From contig JAYVOC010000246.1 of assembly GCA_043758125.1 (NCBI GenBank), positions 1 through 48,211 on the forward strand: a stretch of 48,211 bases of DNA, written 5' to 3'. The stretch comes from Bacteroidota bacterium. GTDB taxonomy: Bacteria > Bacteroidota > Bacteroidia > AKYH767-A > OLB10. A program made the position numbers and the translations under genes. Below are positions 1-9,600 of the stretch, in pieces; within the stretch, counting starts at the first letter, position 1, and each line of letters starts with the position of its first letter. The notes beneath the pieces were generated by a model, which saw only the letters and a program-made list of their open reading frames with translations, was not told the origin of the DNA and did not search any database.

Positions 1-88
1 TAAGTCGTTCTTGTGCGTTTGCATTGAGAAGTGCTAAAAGAAATAAAAACAACGTAAAAGCAAAGGGATAATATTTGAATGATTTCAT
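1..88 (-). CDS. 5' end of a secreted protein running off the window (partial)
   Basis: ATG at 88 (minus strand) opens MKSFKYYPFAFTLFLFLLALLNANAQERL, a typical signal peptide, still open at position 1. Absent from the ORF track because the window edge truncates it. Confidence 0.4.
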   Translation of the reverse strand, partial: MKSFKYYPFAFTLFLFLLALLNANAQERL

Positions 89-106
89 GATAAGAAATGT
101 ATTTTT

Positions 107-868
107 TTATTTAAGATAAAGATCAATTGATTCACCTTGTTTTATTTTTAATGTATCACCTGGCTCAGGAACTTGGCGATAGACTTTTGCCTCATTCGTG
201 TCCTTAACACTTGGATCAAACGTAGTTGTTCCTATATTTATTTGTGAGCTATGTAATGAGAAGGTTGCTTCATCAAGTGTTAGTCCCACTAATTGCGGAA
301 TAGCAATAACGGTATTTCCTAATCCATCACCAAGAACGAGGTCAATAACAGAACCTTTGGGAATTTCCGCTCCCGGATTAATTGTTTGGCCATTGAACAT
401 CATTGCAAGTACGGCATCTTTGGCAAGATCAGGTTTATAAATTGACTTACCTGTTTTTAGCCCATAGGAATTAAGAATTGCTACGGCTTGTCGTTGAGAT
501 ACATCTACCAAATTTGGAAGGTGAACTCCTGGAGGAACAGTCCGTGTAATAGTAACATAAATCGTCCGATTTTCTTTTACTTTTTCATTTGGTGCAGGAT
601 CTTGCTCTATTACAATTCCCGGTGGTTTATCAAGTATAAAAACGGAAGAATCGGATATTTGCACATTCAGTGATTTAGTAGAAAGTAAAGATTTCAATTC
701 TTTAAATTTCATACCATGTAAATCAGGAACAGTAACAGTTTCACCATGATTAGTAAAGGAACTTAACCACTGATATGTTAACATTAAAATTACAAATAAA
801 GAAATAATAGTTAGTCCTAACTGAGTAAAGAAAGTACGCGACCTAAAGAAAGAGATAAGTTTTTGCAT
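107..868 (-). CDS. PASTA domain-containing membrane protein
   Basis: N-terminal TM helix (LGLTIISLFVILML) followed by three PASTA-like repeats (VTVPDLHGMKFKELKSLL; VHLPNLVDVSQRQAVAILNSYGLK; IAIPQLVGLTLDEATFSL). It starts 6 nt after the stop of the upstream Ddl-like gene. Confidence 0.8.
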   Translation of the reverse strand: MQKLISFFRSRTFFTQLGLTIISLFVILMLTYQWLSSFTNHGETVTVPDLHGMKFKELKSLLSTKSLNVQISDSSVFILDKPPGIVIEQDPAPNEKVKENRTIYVTITRTVPPGVHLPNLVDVSQRQAVAILNSYGLKTGKSIYKPDLAKDAVLAMMFNGQTINPGAEIPKGSVIDLVLGDGLGNTVIAIPQLVGLTLDEATFSLHSSQINIGTTTFDPSVKDTNEAKVYRQVPEPGDTLKIKQGESIDLYLK

Positions 869-874
869 GGATAA

Positions 875-3577
875 TTATATTGCTAATCCTGCGAGTTTAG
901 ATTGTTTGCGATGCACACCAAAATCAAGAATTCGATCAATAAATTCATAGGGTTTATAGTGTGCCATAGCCGCTTGATGAAAGATACAAGTTGCAGGAGT
1001 CATTCCAGGTAATGAGTTAACTTCGATAAATACCACCTCCACTTTTTTATCGAAAATACGTACGAAAGCATCAATTCTTGCATAGCCTTCGATCTGTAAT
1101 AACGAAGCTACGCGTTCGAATTCTTCTTTAACAACTGTTGAAATATATTTATTAGAATTTGCATTTTTACTGTATCGTGCAGGTGTTATATTCTGGCCTT
1201 GACCTGCAAGAAATTTTTCTTCGAGCGACAAGATATCACCTTCTGACAATGCTTCTGATGCTTCGAATACTTCAAAAATAATTTTCCCTTTTTCATCGAA
1301 AGTAGTTAGCATTCCTCCCGTAACTTCAAGGAAACGTTTTGCGTTATTAGAAGTTATTAATTCTTCGATAAGAATCATTTTTTTACGAGGAAATTCTTCC
1401 TTCAATTTAATTTTCAGTTTTGCAACGAAATCGGGATTTAATTCAATACCATCACGGAAAATTAATTCGCTGTATGCTTCGAGTTCTTCTCTATTACGCA
1501 TTATTTTTACTGCAGAGCTACATCCATCATCAACTGGTTTAACAACAAAAGGAAATGTAAATTTTTCAAGAATCGCATCGATGAAATTTATTGGACTTTT
1601 CCGCCATTCATTTTCATGTACTAGAATATGATTTGCGACTAAAAAACCATGCTTCTTTAAGATTTCATTTGTTTGATATTTATCTATTGTTACTTGTGAA
1701 GAATCTGGCCCTGAACCATTGTAAGGTAACCCAACTTTCTCAAGTTGCTTTTGAATTGATCCATCTTCACCAGGTCTTCCGTGTAAAGCAATGAAAACCA
1801 CATCCGTAATTTCAGCCAGTTGACTATAATTTAATTGTTTTGGAGTTTCTATATTTTTTGTTGCGCCAAATCGCATTGTGATATTTCGACAACGATTTAT
1901 GATATCAGAAATTACAGGATGAATAGAATAATTTTCTATTTTTTCTTTTATATCATCAGCATTATCCTTCAATAATGTATTGATTGGAATTGTAAAAAGT
2001 AAATGTTGATTATCTGAACCGGTTAAGAATATTGGAGTAGCTTCATATTTATCACTTGAAGCAAGTTTTTCATAAATATTTCTACCACTCTCAACAGAGA
2101 TATGCCTTTCAGAAGAATAGCCTCCAAGGATAACAGCAGCACGAATACGCGAAGTAGAAGTTTGCTGACCTTTATCAATTAATTTATCCAATTGACGAAT
2201 AAGATTTGGAATTTTTTGTTGTGTTTTAAAATCCTTTAATCGGTTACGTAGTGATGTATAAATAATGTAAGTAATAAATTGAGAAGGATTAAGTCCGATT
2301 TCAGCTGCTTGATGAAAGAAGAACGAACTAGGCATCATTCCGGACGTAGTATTGGGATCGTTTAAAAAGATTTTTCCAGTAGTATTTATAAAACCATCAA
2401 TACGTGCATAAACATTAAACTTAAGTGCTGAAAACAATTGTTCGCAAGAATTACGAATAGCATTTATCTCAACATCTGGTATGTGAATTGGTGTAATTTT
2501 TCTAGACAGTCCTGGAAGATATTTCGAACGATAATCGAATAACTCTTTACCTTTTCGAATTTCTGTTGGAGGCAAGGCTATTGGTGTTCCATTTTCATCT
2601 TCTATGACGATGCAAGAAAATTCTTTTCCTTCGATAAAGGATTCGATAATCACTTCACTTTCGCCATCGATAGCAACAAGAGTAATCTGCTCTTCATTTT
2701 CAGCAAAAAGATCCATCAATGCAGATAACAATTCTTCGGGGTGATAAAAAGTTCTACTAGAAATTCTCAATGGAATTCCGATACCTTCTCGAATATCACA
2801 AAGTTCGCGAGTCCACAAAACTTTATTTTCAAAATCCATTTTATCCCAATCTGATTTCAATATTTCTCTGATAAACAGACTACGATTTACTGCATTAATA
2901 AATTGCTGAAGGTTTTCCTCTTGCAATATTGAAATACCTATTGATGAACCTTGGTTAGCGGATTTTACTACACAAGGGAAACCAACATCACGTTTCAATA
3001 GTTGAAAAAAAGATGATTTATCGTTAGCATTTAACCAATAATTTCTATCAATTGTAGTATACTTTGGAATATTGAAACCTGCCAATTCCATCAACTGTTT
3101 TTGAATTGCTTTGTTCATTCCAATTGCGGAAGAAAGGATACCAGCACCAGAGTATGGAATTCTTAAAAACTCCAATAACCCTTGAAGCCTACCATCTTCG
3201 CCATCGGATCCATGCACACATAAAAATGCCATATCCATCAAATTCGATAGTGCTGAAGGTTCGACTTTAGAACCAATTTTATGAATAAGTTTGTGTTGAT
3301 CAGCTTGATCGAGGTCGCCTAAACTTTCTGCATACACTTGAAACTTATGGACACTTGCTGGTAGATTTTCGGAAGGGGGATAGAAATCACGAATACTTCC
3401 TTTATAAACCAATTCCCAGCTTAGGAGAATGAAATTTCCAAAACTGTCGATAAAAATAGGGATGGCTTCAAAAATTGATTTATTGAGATTGTCGTAGACC
3501 GTCCTACCACCTGCGAAAGACACTTCACGTTCACGGGAAGTACCTCCAAATATAACTCCAATACGGATTTTTTCCAT
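875..3577 (-). CDS. ddl: Tandem (duplicated) D-alanine--D-alanine ligase-like ATP-grasp protein, 900 aa
   Basis: Two complete Ddl-like modules in one ORF. Module 1 (res 1-475): IGVIFGGTSREREVS, VHGSDGEDGRLQGLLEFLRIPYSG, VVKSANQGSSIGI, ESFIEGKEFS, ARIDGF..LNDPNTTSGM. Module 2 (res 476-900): AAVILGGYSSERHISVESG, LHGRPGEDGSIQKQLEKVGLPYNG, VVKPVDDGCSSAV, ARIDAF..FIEVNSLPGMT. Confidence 0.8.
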   Translation of the reverse strand: MEKIRIGVIFGGTSREREVSFAGGRTVYDNLNKSIFEAIPIFIDSFGNFILLSWELVYKGSIRDFYPPSENLPASVHKFQVYAESLGDLDQADQHKLIHKIGSKVEPSALSNLMDMAFLCVHGSDGEDGRLQGLLEFLRIPYSGAGILSSAIGMNKAIQKQLMELAGFNIPKYTTIDRNYWLNANDKSSFFQLLKRDVGFPCVVKSANQGSSIGISILQEENLQQFINAVNRSLFIREILKSDWDKMDFENKVLWTRELCDIREGIGIPLRISSRTFYHPEELLSALMDLFAENEEQITLVAIDGESEVIIESFIEGKEFSCIVIEDENGTPIALPPTEIRKGKELFDYRSKYLPGLSRKITPIHIPDVEINAIRNSCEQLFSALKFNVYARIDGFINTTGKIFLNDPNTTSGMMPSSFFFHQAAEIGLNPSQFITYIIYTSLRNRLKDFKTQQKIPNLIRQLDKLIDKGQQTSTSRIRAAVILGGYSSERHISVESGRNIYEKLASSDKYEATPIFLTGSDNQHLLFTIPINTLLKDNADDIKEKIENYSIHPVISDIINRCRNITMRFGATKNIETPKQLNYSQLAEITDVVFIALHGRPGEDGSIQKQLEKVGLPYNGSGPDSSQVTIDKYQTNEILKKHGFLVANHILVHENEWRKSPINFIDAILEKFTFPFVVKPVDDGCSSAVKIMRNREELEAYSELIFRDGIELNPDFVAKLKIKLKEEFPRKKMILIEELITSNNAKRFLEVTGGMLTTFDEKGKIIFEVFEASEALSEGDILSLEEKFLAGQGQNITPARYSKNANSNKYISTVVKEEFERVASLLQIEGYARIDAFVRIFDKKVEVVFIEVNSLPGMTPATCIFHQAAMAHYKPYEFIDRILDFGVHRKQSKLAGLAI

Positions 3578-3697
3578 GCATCACAAAGGTACAGACTTAT
3601 GATGAAAGGAAAGATAGTACTTCACTAGTAATGCTAGTAAAATGAAGAGTTTTTATTTAAAAGATTAAAAAATAATTAAGAAGGCCAGTCGAGTGCT

Positions 3698-4333
3698 TCA
3701 TTTTTCTTGTTTCTCATTATAAACCTTTAGAAATGCAATGACTTTTGCTAATGCATTTTTCCGGTGGCTGATTGCATTTTTTTCTTTCTCCGACATTTGG
3801 GCAAAAGTTATATCGTAACCATTTGGAACAAAAACAGTATCATAACCAAACCCAGAATTTCCAATAGGTTTTTCAGTAATCGTCCCTTCCACCCTACCCT
3901 CAAAAAGAAATTCCTTTCCATCAATGATAAGTGCCATTACTGTTAGAAAATGAGCTCTTCGATCAGAACGACCATCCATTTTTTTCAATAACAAATTATA
4001 ATTTGACTGATCATTGCGTGGTAAGCCTGCATAAAACGCTGAATCTACTCCAGGTTCGCCATTAAGCGCAGCCACACAGAGTCCGGAATCATCTGACAAG
4101 CAATTCATACCTGTTATTTTCCAAACTTCTCTGGCCTTTTCGGTAGCATTTCCGGGGATTGTACCTGAAGTTTCGGGAAGTTCCTCTAAATATTCAATAT
4201 CAGACAATGATTTAATTTTAATAAAATCGGGAATCATCGTTTTCATCTCAGCAATTTTATGCTGATTTGCTGTAGCTAACAATAAATCGAAATGTAGTAA
4301 TCGCATTGTTTGAAATAGCATTTTATGGTTCAA
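3698..4333 (-). CDS. rdgB: RdgB/HAM1 non-canonical purine NTP pyrophosphatase
   Basis: LLLATANQHKIAEM, ETSGTIPGNATEKA, DDSGLCVAALNGEPGVDSA, GFGYDTVFVP, ISHRKNAL. The biological start is probably the in-frame ATG at 4306 (MRLLHFDLLLATAN). Confidence 0.9.
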   Translation of the reverse strand: MNHKMLFQTMRLLHFDLLLATANQHKIAEMKTMIPDFIKIKSLSDIEYLEELPETSGTIPGNATEKAREVWKITGMNCLSDDSGLCVAALNGEPGVDSAFYAGLPRNDQSNYNLLLKKMDGRSDRRAHFLTVMALIIDGKEFLFEGRVEGTITEKPIGNSGFGYDTVFVPNGYDITFAQMSEKEKNAISHRKNALAKVIAFLKVYNEKQEK

Positions 4334-4545
4334 AAAATCTGTTACTCAATTTGTATAAATCGTTACAGATTTAGAGCTTGTTTAAAACTTATCTAATAAT
4401 TTAAACTGGTTTTATTTTATTAAATCAATAATTAGTCAATGATACTAATTAATAGTAAAGAAATTTAGCATATTTTTCAAATTTAAATTTATTCAATCAG
4501 AATATAATTACATTAGACACTTATTTAGGATAAAATACTATTTGC

Positions 4546-6549
4546 ATGCATCAATTATTAGACAATTTCTCCATTTCGGATTGGGCACTTCAATTTTCAT
4601 TTGTTGCGTTATTGTTAATAACATTTTATTTAGTAGGATATTTATTTATTGGGAGAAACGACAAAATTACGGTTCAATCTCAGCAACTATTTTTTCGATT
4701 ATTACTTGGGTTAACTACTTGCATCAGTATTTATGCCGTTATTTCTTGCGAAGGTCGGAGTATATGTTTACTATCAATTCTTCTGTTAGGACTCATAAGA
4801 TTTCAAAAAAAAGAAACTATCCCAGCACAAATAACTACTAGTACTAGTGAGATTAAAAATGATTTTTCTACTATTCTCTTTCTTGCATTATTATTTAGTT
4901 TTAAATCTTGCATATTCTATTTCTATCAATCATTATTTCCTGATTATTCTTTCTATGTTAGGATTTCACATTTTATACGTGTTACAGGGCAAGAAAATGA
5001 GTTTCACATTTACAATATTTATTCGTCGAAGTATCATGGAATTACCTCCTATCATTATTTTGAGACATGGCTAAATGCATTTGTTGAATTTTACTTCAAG
5101 GAATTTCAAAGCGGCTTGAAAAATTATCTGTGTGTCACCACAACTATCTTAAATGTTATTCTTGCTTGTGGTGTTTTTTCTATTCTAAAAACATTAAATA
5201 AATCATTCCGTTTTTTCCCAATTTTATTGATTTCAGTTTTGATTACGACATTAGGAGGTATTAACATTTCTGAGTTCTTTCACATTAATGTGCTTCATGA
5301 TTTCGACCATGTTTTTGCATCGACTATTGCTTACAACGAAGGGAAATTCTGTGCGCCAATTATATTTCTTTGCGCTATTATTTTAAAATTTCTAAATAAC
5401 AAACCAGAACAAGGGATGCTTTTTGCAGCATTGCTTCCAGTTTTAAATTTTATTATAGGTCCAGCACTTTTATTTTCGATCAGTTCAATAGTTTTTTATC
5501 TGCTTCTACAGCGAAAAAAATACGATTTAAAAACTATTCCAACGCTTGTTAATTATGGGATCTTTGTGGTTATTACTATTGGTATTTTAGCTATTTATAA
5601 TTCAAGATTTGGGTCTTACGTTTCGAGAGATTCGGTTAAACTTTCGGATGCTGTAAAAGATATAATCGCACATTCCGACAATCTTTTTTTAATGATGAAA
5701 ATAACTGGTGCTAGTGTGCTTGCTATTTTTTACTTTCTTATACTTTGGTTCCTTCCCGTGTTGATTTTTAGTGAATCGCGAAAAAAACTCTTCATGTTTT
5801 CTAAAGAGGAAATTTTAATTGGAGGATTTTATATTTTACTCACATTAGGCGGCGCAATTTTCTGGGCTTTATTACACAATACTCTAAATTCAGTTCAATT
5901 ATTTTCAATTACTGTAAGGAGCTACGTGTTAATATTTACCATTTTTATTATGGCTAAATTTAAAGATGAACTTTTCAGTAATAAAAAACTACAAATTAGT
6001 TATCTGATACTAATCTGCGCAACTTATTTTACTACATCACAAACTATAAAAGATCATATCCATTTAACAACTACCAATTGTAGTAGTGATTCATTCATTA
6101 GAGCTGTAATCAAAATAATCAACAGCAATGAAAATCAAAAAACTGCTTTTGTTCGTAATTCTAAAGACTATGCAGATCCATTTGCCTGTTACCCAAACTT
6201 CAGCATTCCTTTACCTGAGATTACAAGGTATTCAAATACAATAACACCCATAAGCCTTAGCGAAATTGATACGTTTCCATGTGCTGAAGAGAGATGCAGA
6301 AAAGGTTTACAGCTTGGATTGTTTTATAATTACGTTTATCCGAACAGAGTTTTTAGTCAAAAGTCGAAGGCAGAAATTAATGTTTACAAATGTTCCTTTT
6401 TAATTGAAAACGATATACATTACCTCTTAAGAACAGGAAAGGCGGAAATTCCTGAGTCAAGTAAGATAAAAACTTCGTTATTATTAACGGATCAAAAAAC
6501 AGGATTTGAGTTATATCGATTAGATTTTACAACAAATAGGACCCGTTAA
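4546..6549 (+). CDS. Large polytopic membrane protein of unknown function with a soluble C-terminal domain
   Basis: 667-aa ORF with more than 10 hydrophobic helices through about res 490, then a hydrophilic tail of about 170 aa containing several Cys. I recognise no family motif. Confidence 0.6.
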   Translation: MHQLLDNFSISDWALQFSFVALLLITFYLVGYLFIGRNDKITVQSQQLFFRLLLGLTTCISIYAVISCEGRSICLLSILLLGLIRFQKKETIPAQITTSTSEIKNDFSTILFLALLFSFKSCIFYFYQSLFPDYSFYVRISHFIRVTGQENEFHIYNIYSSKYHGITSYHYFETWLNAFVEFYFKEFQSGLKNYLCVTTTILNVILACGVFSILKTLNKSFRFFPILLISVLITTLGGINISEFFHINVLHDFDHVFASTIAYNEGKFCAPIIFLCAIILKFLNNKPEQGMLFAALLPVLNFIIGPALLFSISSIVFYLLLQRKKYDLKTIPTLVNYGIFVVITIGILAIYNSRFGSYVSRDSVKLSDAVKDIIAHSDNLFLMMKITGASVLAIFYFLILWFLPVLIFSESRKKLFMFSKEEILIGGFYILLTLGGAIFWALLHNTLNSVQLFSITVRSYVLIFTIFIMAKFKDELFSNKKLQISYLILICATYFTTSQTIKDHIHLTTTNCSSDSFIRAVIKIINSNENQKTAFVRNSKDYADPFACYPNFSIPLPEITRYSNTITPISLSEIDTFPCAEERCRKGLQLGLFYNYVYPNRVFSQKSKAEINVYKCSFLIENDIHYLLRTGKAEIPESSKIKTSLLLTDQKTGFELYRLDFTTNRTR

Positions 6550-6657
6550 AGTATGTTCTTCTGCACTTAACTCCAAGAATAAGTGATAAACGAAACACCT
6601 ATGTGAATATCAACGTATAAAATCTGTTATAAATGTTATTACTCAACCATACCAATT

Positions 6658-9600
6658 ATGTCTAAATTTGATTACCCGAACTATAACCGAATGAAATACT
6701 TCCTTCTTGTATTCTCACTATTTATTGCTCAGTTCAGTAACGTTTTCGGGCAATGTCCTATTGCATCATTTCAATTACCTGATAGTATCTGTTCAGGAGG
6801 AAGTGTGACAGTTGTTAACGCAACCACCTCTACAGGTCCAGTTCATTATTCTTATGATTTTTGCTCGGGTGATCTTGAGAAAGCTCCTGTTTCTACGTTA
6901 GTGGGTAATTTTAGTATGCTAAGTCAGGGATTAGGAAATGACGTTGTTTTTGATGGTACTGATTATTATCTGTTTGTTGTCAATTTAGGGTCCTCAATTA
7001 TAAGATTTGATTTTGGGAACTCACTACTTAACACTCCAGTGCCAACAAATCTTGGAAATATTGGTGGATTAATTGGAGGATGTGCGGATTTAAAAGTAGT
7101 AAGTGCGAACGGACAATGGTATGGATTTGTGATTAGCAATGTCGCTACGTTTACACGTATTGATTTTGGAAGCAGTTTGACAAATGCAACACCAACGGCA
7201 ACAAGTATTAATACTGTAGGAGGTGCATTGAATCAACCTTATTATATGAACTTCTATGAATCTGACGGGCATTATTATGCTTTAGCCGCAAATACAGGAA
7301 GTTCTTCAGTAACCACCTTTGACTTCGGAACAGATATTACCAATACCTCTCCTGGTATTGGAAACAATACAGTACCTGGTACTGTTGGAGCTGCCGCCAT
7401 CGCTAAAATCTGCAACAATCTTTATGTGTTTACGGCATTTTTAGGAAGTGCTAGTATTACTCGTCTTGAGTTTGGAACTTCCTTTGCAAATTCGGCTGCG
7501 ATACAAAAACCAATTACAATTAATGGTAGTATTCCTGCATCTCGAGAAATCGAGTTAGCTACTGATAACGGACAATGGTATGCATTTATGGGCAGTTTAT
7601 CAGGTAGTGAATTATCGATTGTGAGATTTGGAAATAATTTATTGAGTGATACTGCAAACGCTACTACAACAAGTGGAGCAAATGGAGCATTTTCTAATGG
7701 TGATGATGGTTTCTGTTTGAAAAAATTCGGTACTGACTGGTATGGTTTTTCTGTTGGGATAGGCACAAATGATATTCACAGGTTTACGTTTCCGAATACT
7801 TGCTTCTCATCATTAAGCACAAGTACTGATCCATCTCCATTATCCTTCAATTTAAATGGTGGCGGTTATCAATACATGAGTGTTTTTGTTAATGATTCAA
7901 CTGGTGATTATACCTATAACGATAGTATTTTTATTAACCCTGTTCCGGATGCGGGATATACCGTGAGTGCAGCTTGTCAAGGAGGGATAATTAATTTTAC
8001 AGATACATCTACCATCTCCTCAGGAAGTATAAGTTCTACGGCATGGGATTTTGGCGATACTAATACAGCGAATGGAACAACCGTTCAACATGCATATACT
8101 GTTGCGACAAGTTATACAGTTACACTTTCAACAACAAGTGATAAAGGATGTACATCAACAGTACAACAATTGTTAAATGTACATGAAAATCCCGTATCAG
8201 ATTTTTCGTTCACCAATAATCAATGTGCATATAGCGATGTTCCCTTCAATGATTTATCTACAAGCAATGATGGGTCAATTACCAATTGGAATTGGAACTT
8301 TGGTGATACAGTTACATCTATTTTAAATTCTCCTACACATCCTTTTGCTCCAGACGGGAACTATACCGTTCAATTAATAATTACATCGAGTACTGGATGT
8401 AGTGATACAAGTTCACAGAATATTCAAATTATTCCTGGACCACTTGCATTATTCACTGTAGCGAATACATGCTTAGGTGAAACTGCACAATTCAGCAATG
8501 GCAGTTCTATTGGTGGAGGGATTGGAATAAATTATGATTGGGATTTTGGTGATTTAAATACATCAACATCGATAAATCCAACAAATAATTATTCGAATTC
8601 TGCTGCGGATTATTCTGTTCAGTTAATTGCAACAGCAACGAATGGATGTACTGACACATTAGCAAAAGTTATTCATATTGGAGAGAAGCCTGTTCCTGTT
8701 TTCAAATATGCGCCAGATACAGCTTGTGTAGGAAACATTGTTCTCTTTACAGATAGTTCCTATGTACTTCCTGGAGAAAATATCATTGCGCGTTATTGGG
8801 ACTTTGGAGATAACACATACGATTCATTAAGCATTAATCCTTCTCATACCTATCTTACTTCTGGAACTTATATAGTAAAGTTAACTGTATTATCTCCGAC
8901 CTACTGTGATTCAAGTATTACCCACAGTATTTTTGTTATCAATAGTCCAGTTGCAAATTTTACAACCAGCAATGTTTGTTTTGGCTTACCTACGCCTTTT
9001 CTTGATCAATCAACTTCTCCTTCTGGTTCTACTATTAGTTCATGGGAATGGATTTTTGGTGATCTTGACACAGTCAATGTAAATAATCCATCGCATAATT
9101 ATTCTATTCCTGGAACCTATTCTGCAACGCTTAATATTATCAGCTCGTCGGGATGTAATTCAGGAATCACCAAACAACTTACTGTTTATGATTTACCATC
9201 TGTACATTTTGGTATTTCAAAAGCATGTACAAATTCTCCTGTGCTATTTACTGACAGTAGTACAACATCATCGGGAACACTTTCAGCTTGGAATTGGACA
9301 TTTGGAGATAATAGCGCTCCATCATCAATACAAAACACACAACATAGCTATATAAATTCAGGAGCATATCCAATAACATTAATCTCAACAAATTCTTTTG
9401 GATGCATGGATAGTCTTAAGAAATTTGTAATTGTTGATTCGTCGCCATTATTCACTATTTCAGCACTAGATAATTGTTTTAGAGCGCTAACAACATTTCA
9501 ATATGTTGCAACAGGAACACCATTACCAAATGCGGGTTATCTGTGGGATTTTGGTGATAACACTGCAGCATTTAATGCGAATCCTATACATCTTTATTTA

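Noticed and set aside
198-440. Short antisense or alternate-frame ORFs throughout the track (e.g. 198..440, 488..673, 1591..1794, 3764..3946, 7090..7272, 7422..7766, 10170..10400, 11117..11347, 12383..12625, 14066..14367, 15419..15619, 15921..16172, 20675..20971, 25446..25628, 26247..26447, 27602..27814, 29004..29264, 30970..31206, 32788..33486, 34625..34831, 35895..36077, 36622..36861, 37312..37506, 38586..38774, 40559..40756, 41726..41989, 45253..45435)
   Set aside because: They lie inside longer ORFs that have clear family motifs. Their translations are low-complexity and typical of AT-rich shadow frames.
4542-5074. ORFs 4542..4841 and 4847..5074 as separate small genes
   Set aside because: They are alternate frames of the 667-aa membrane protein gene, which is continuous and has coherent TM periodicity.
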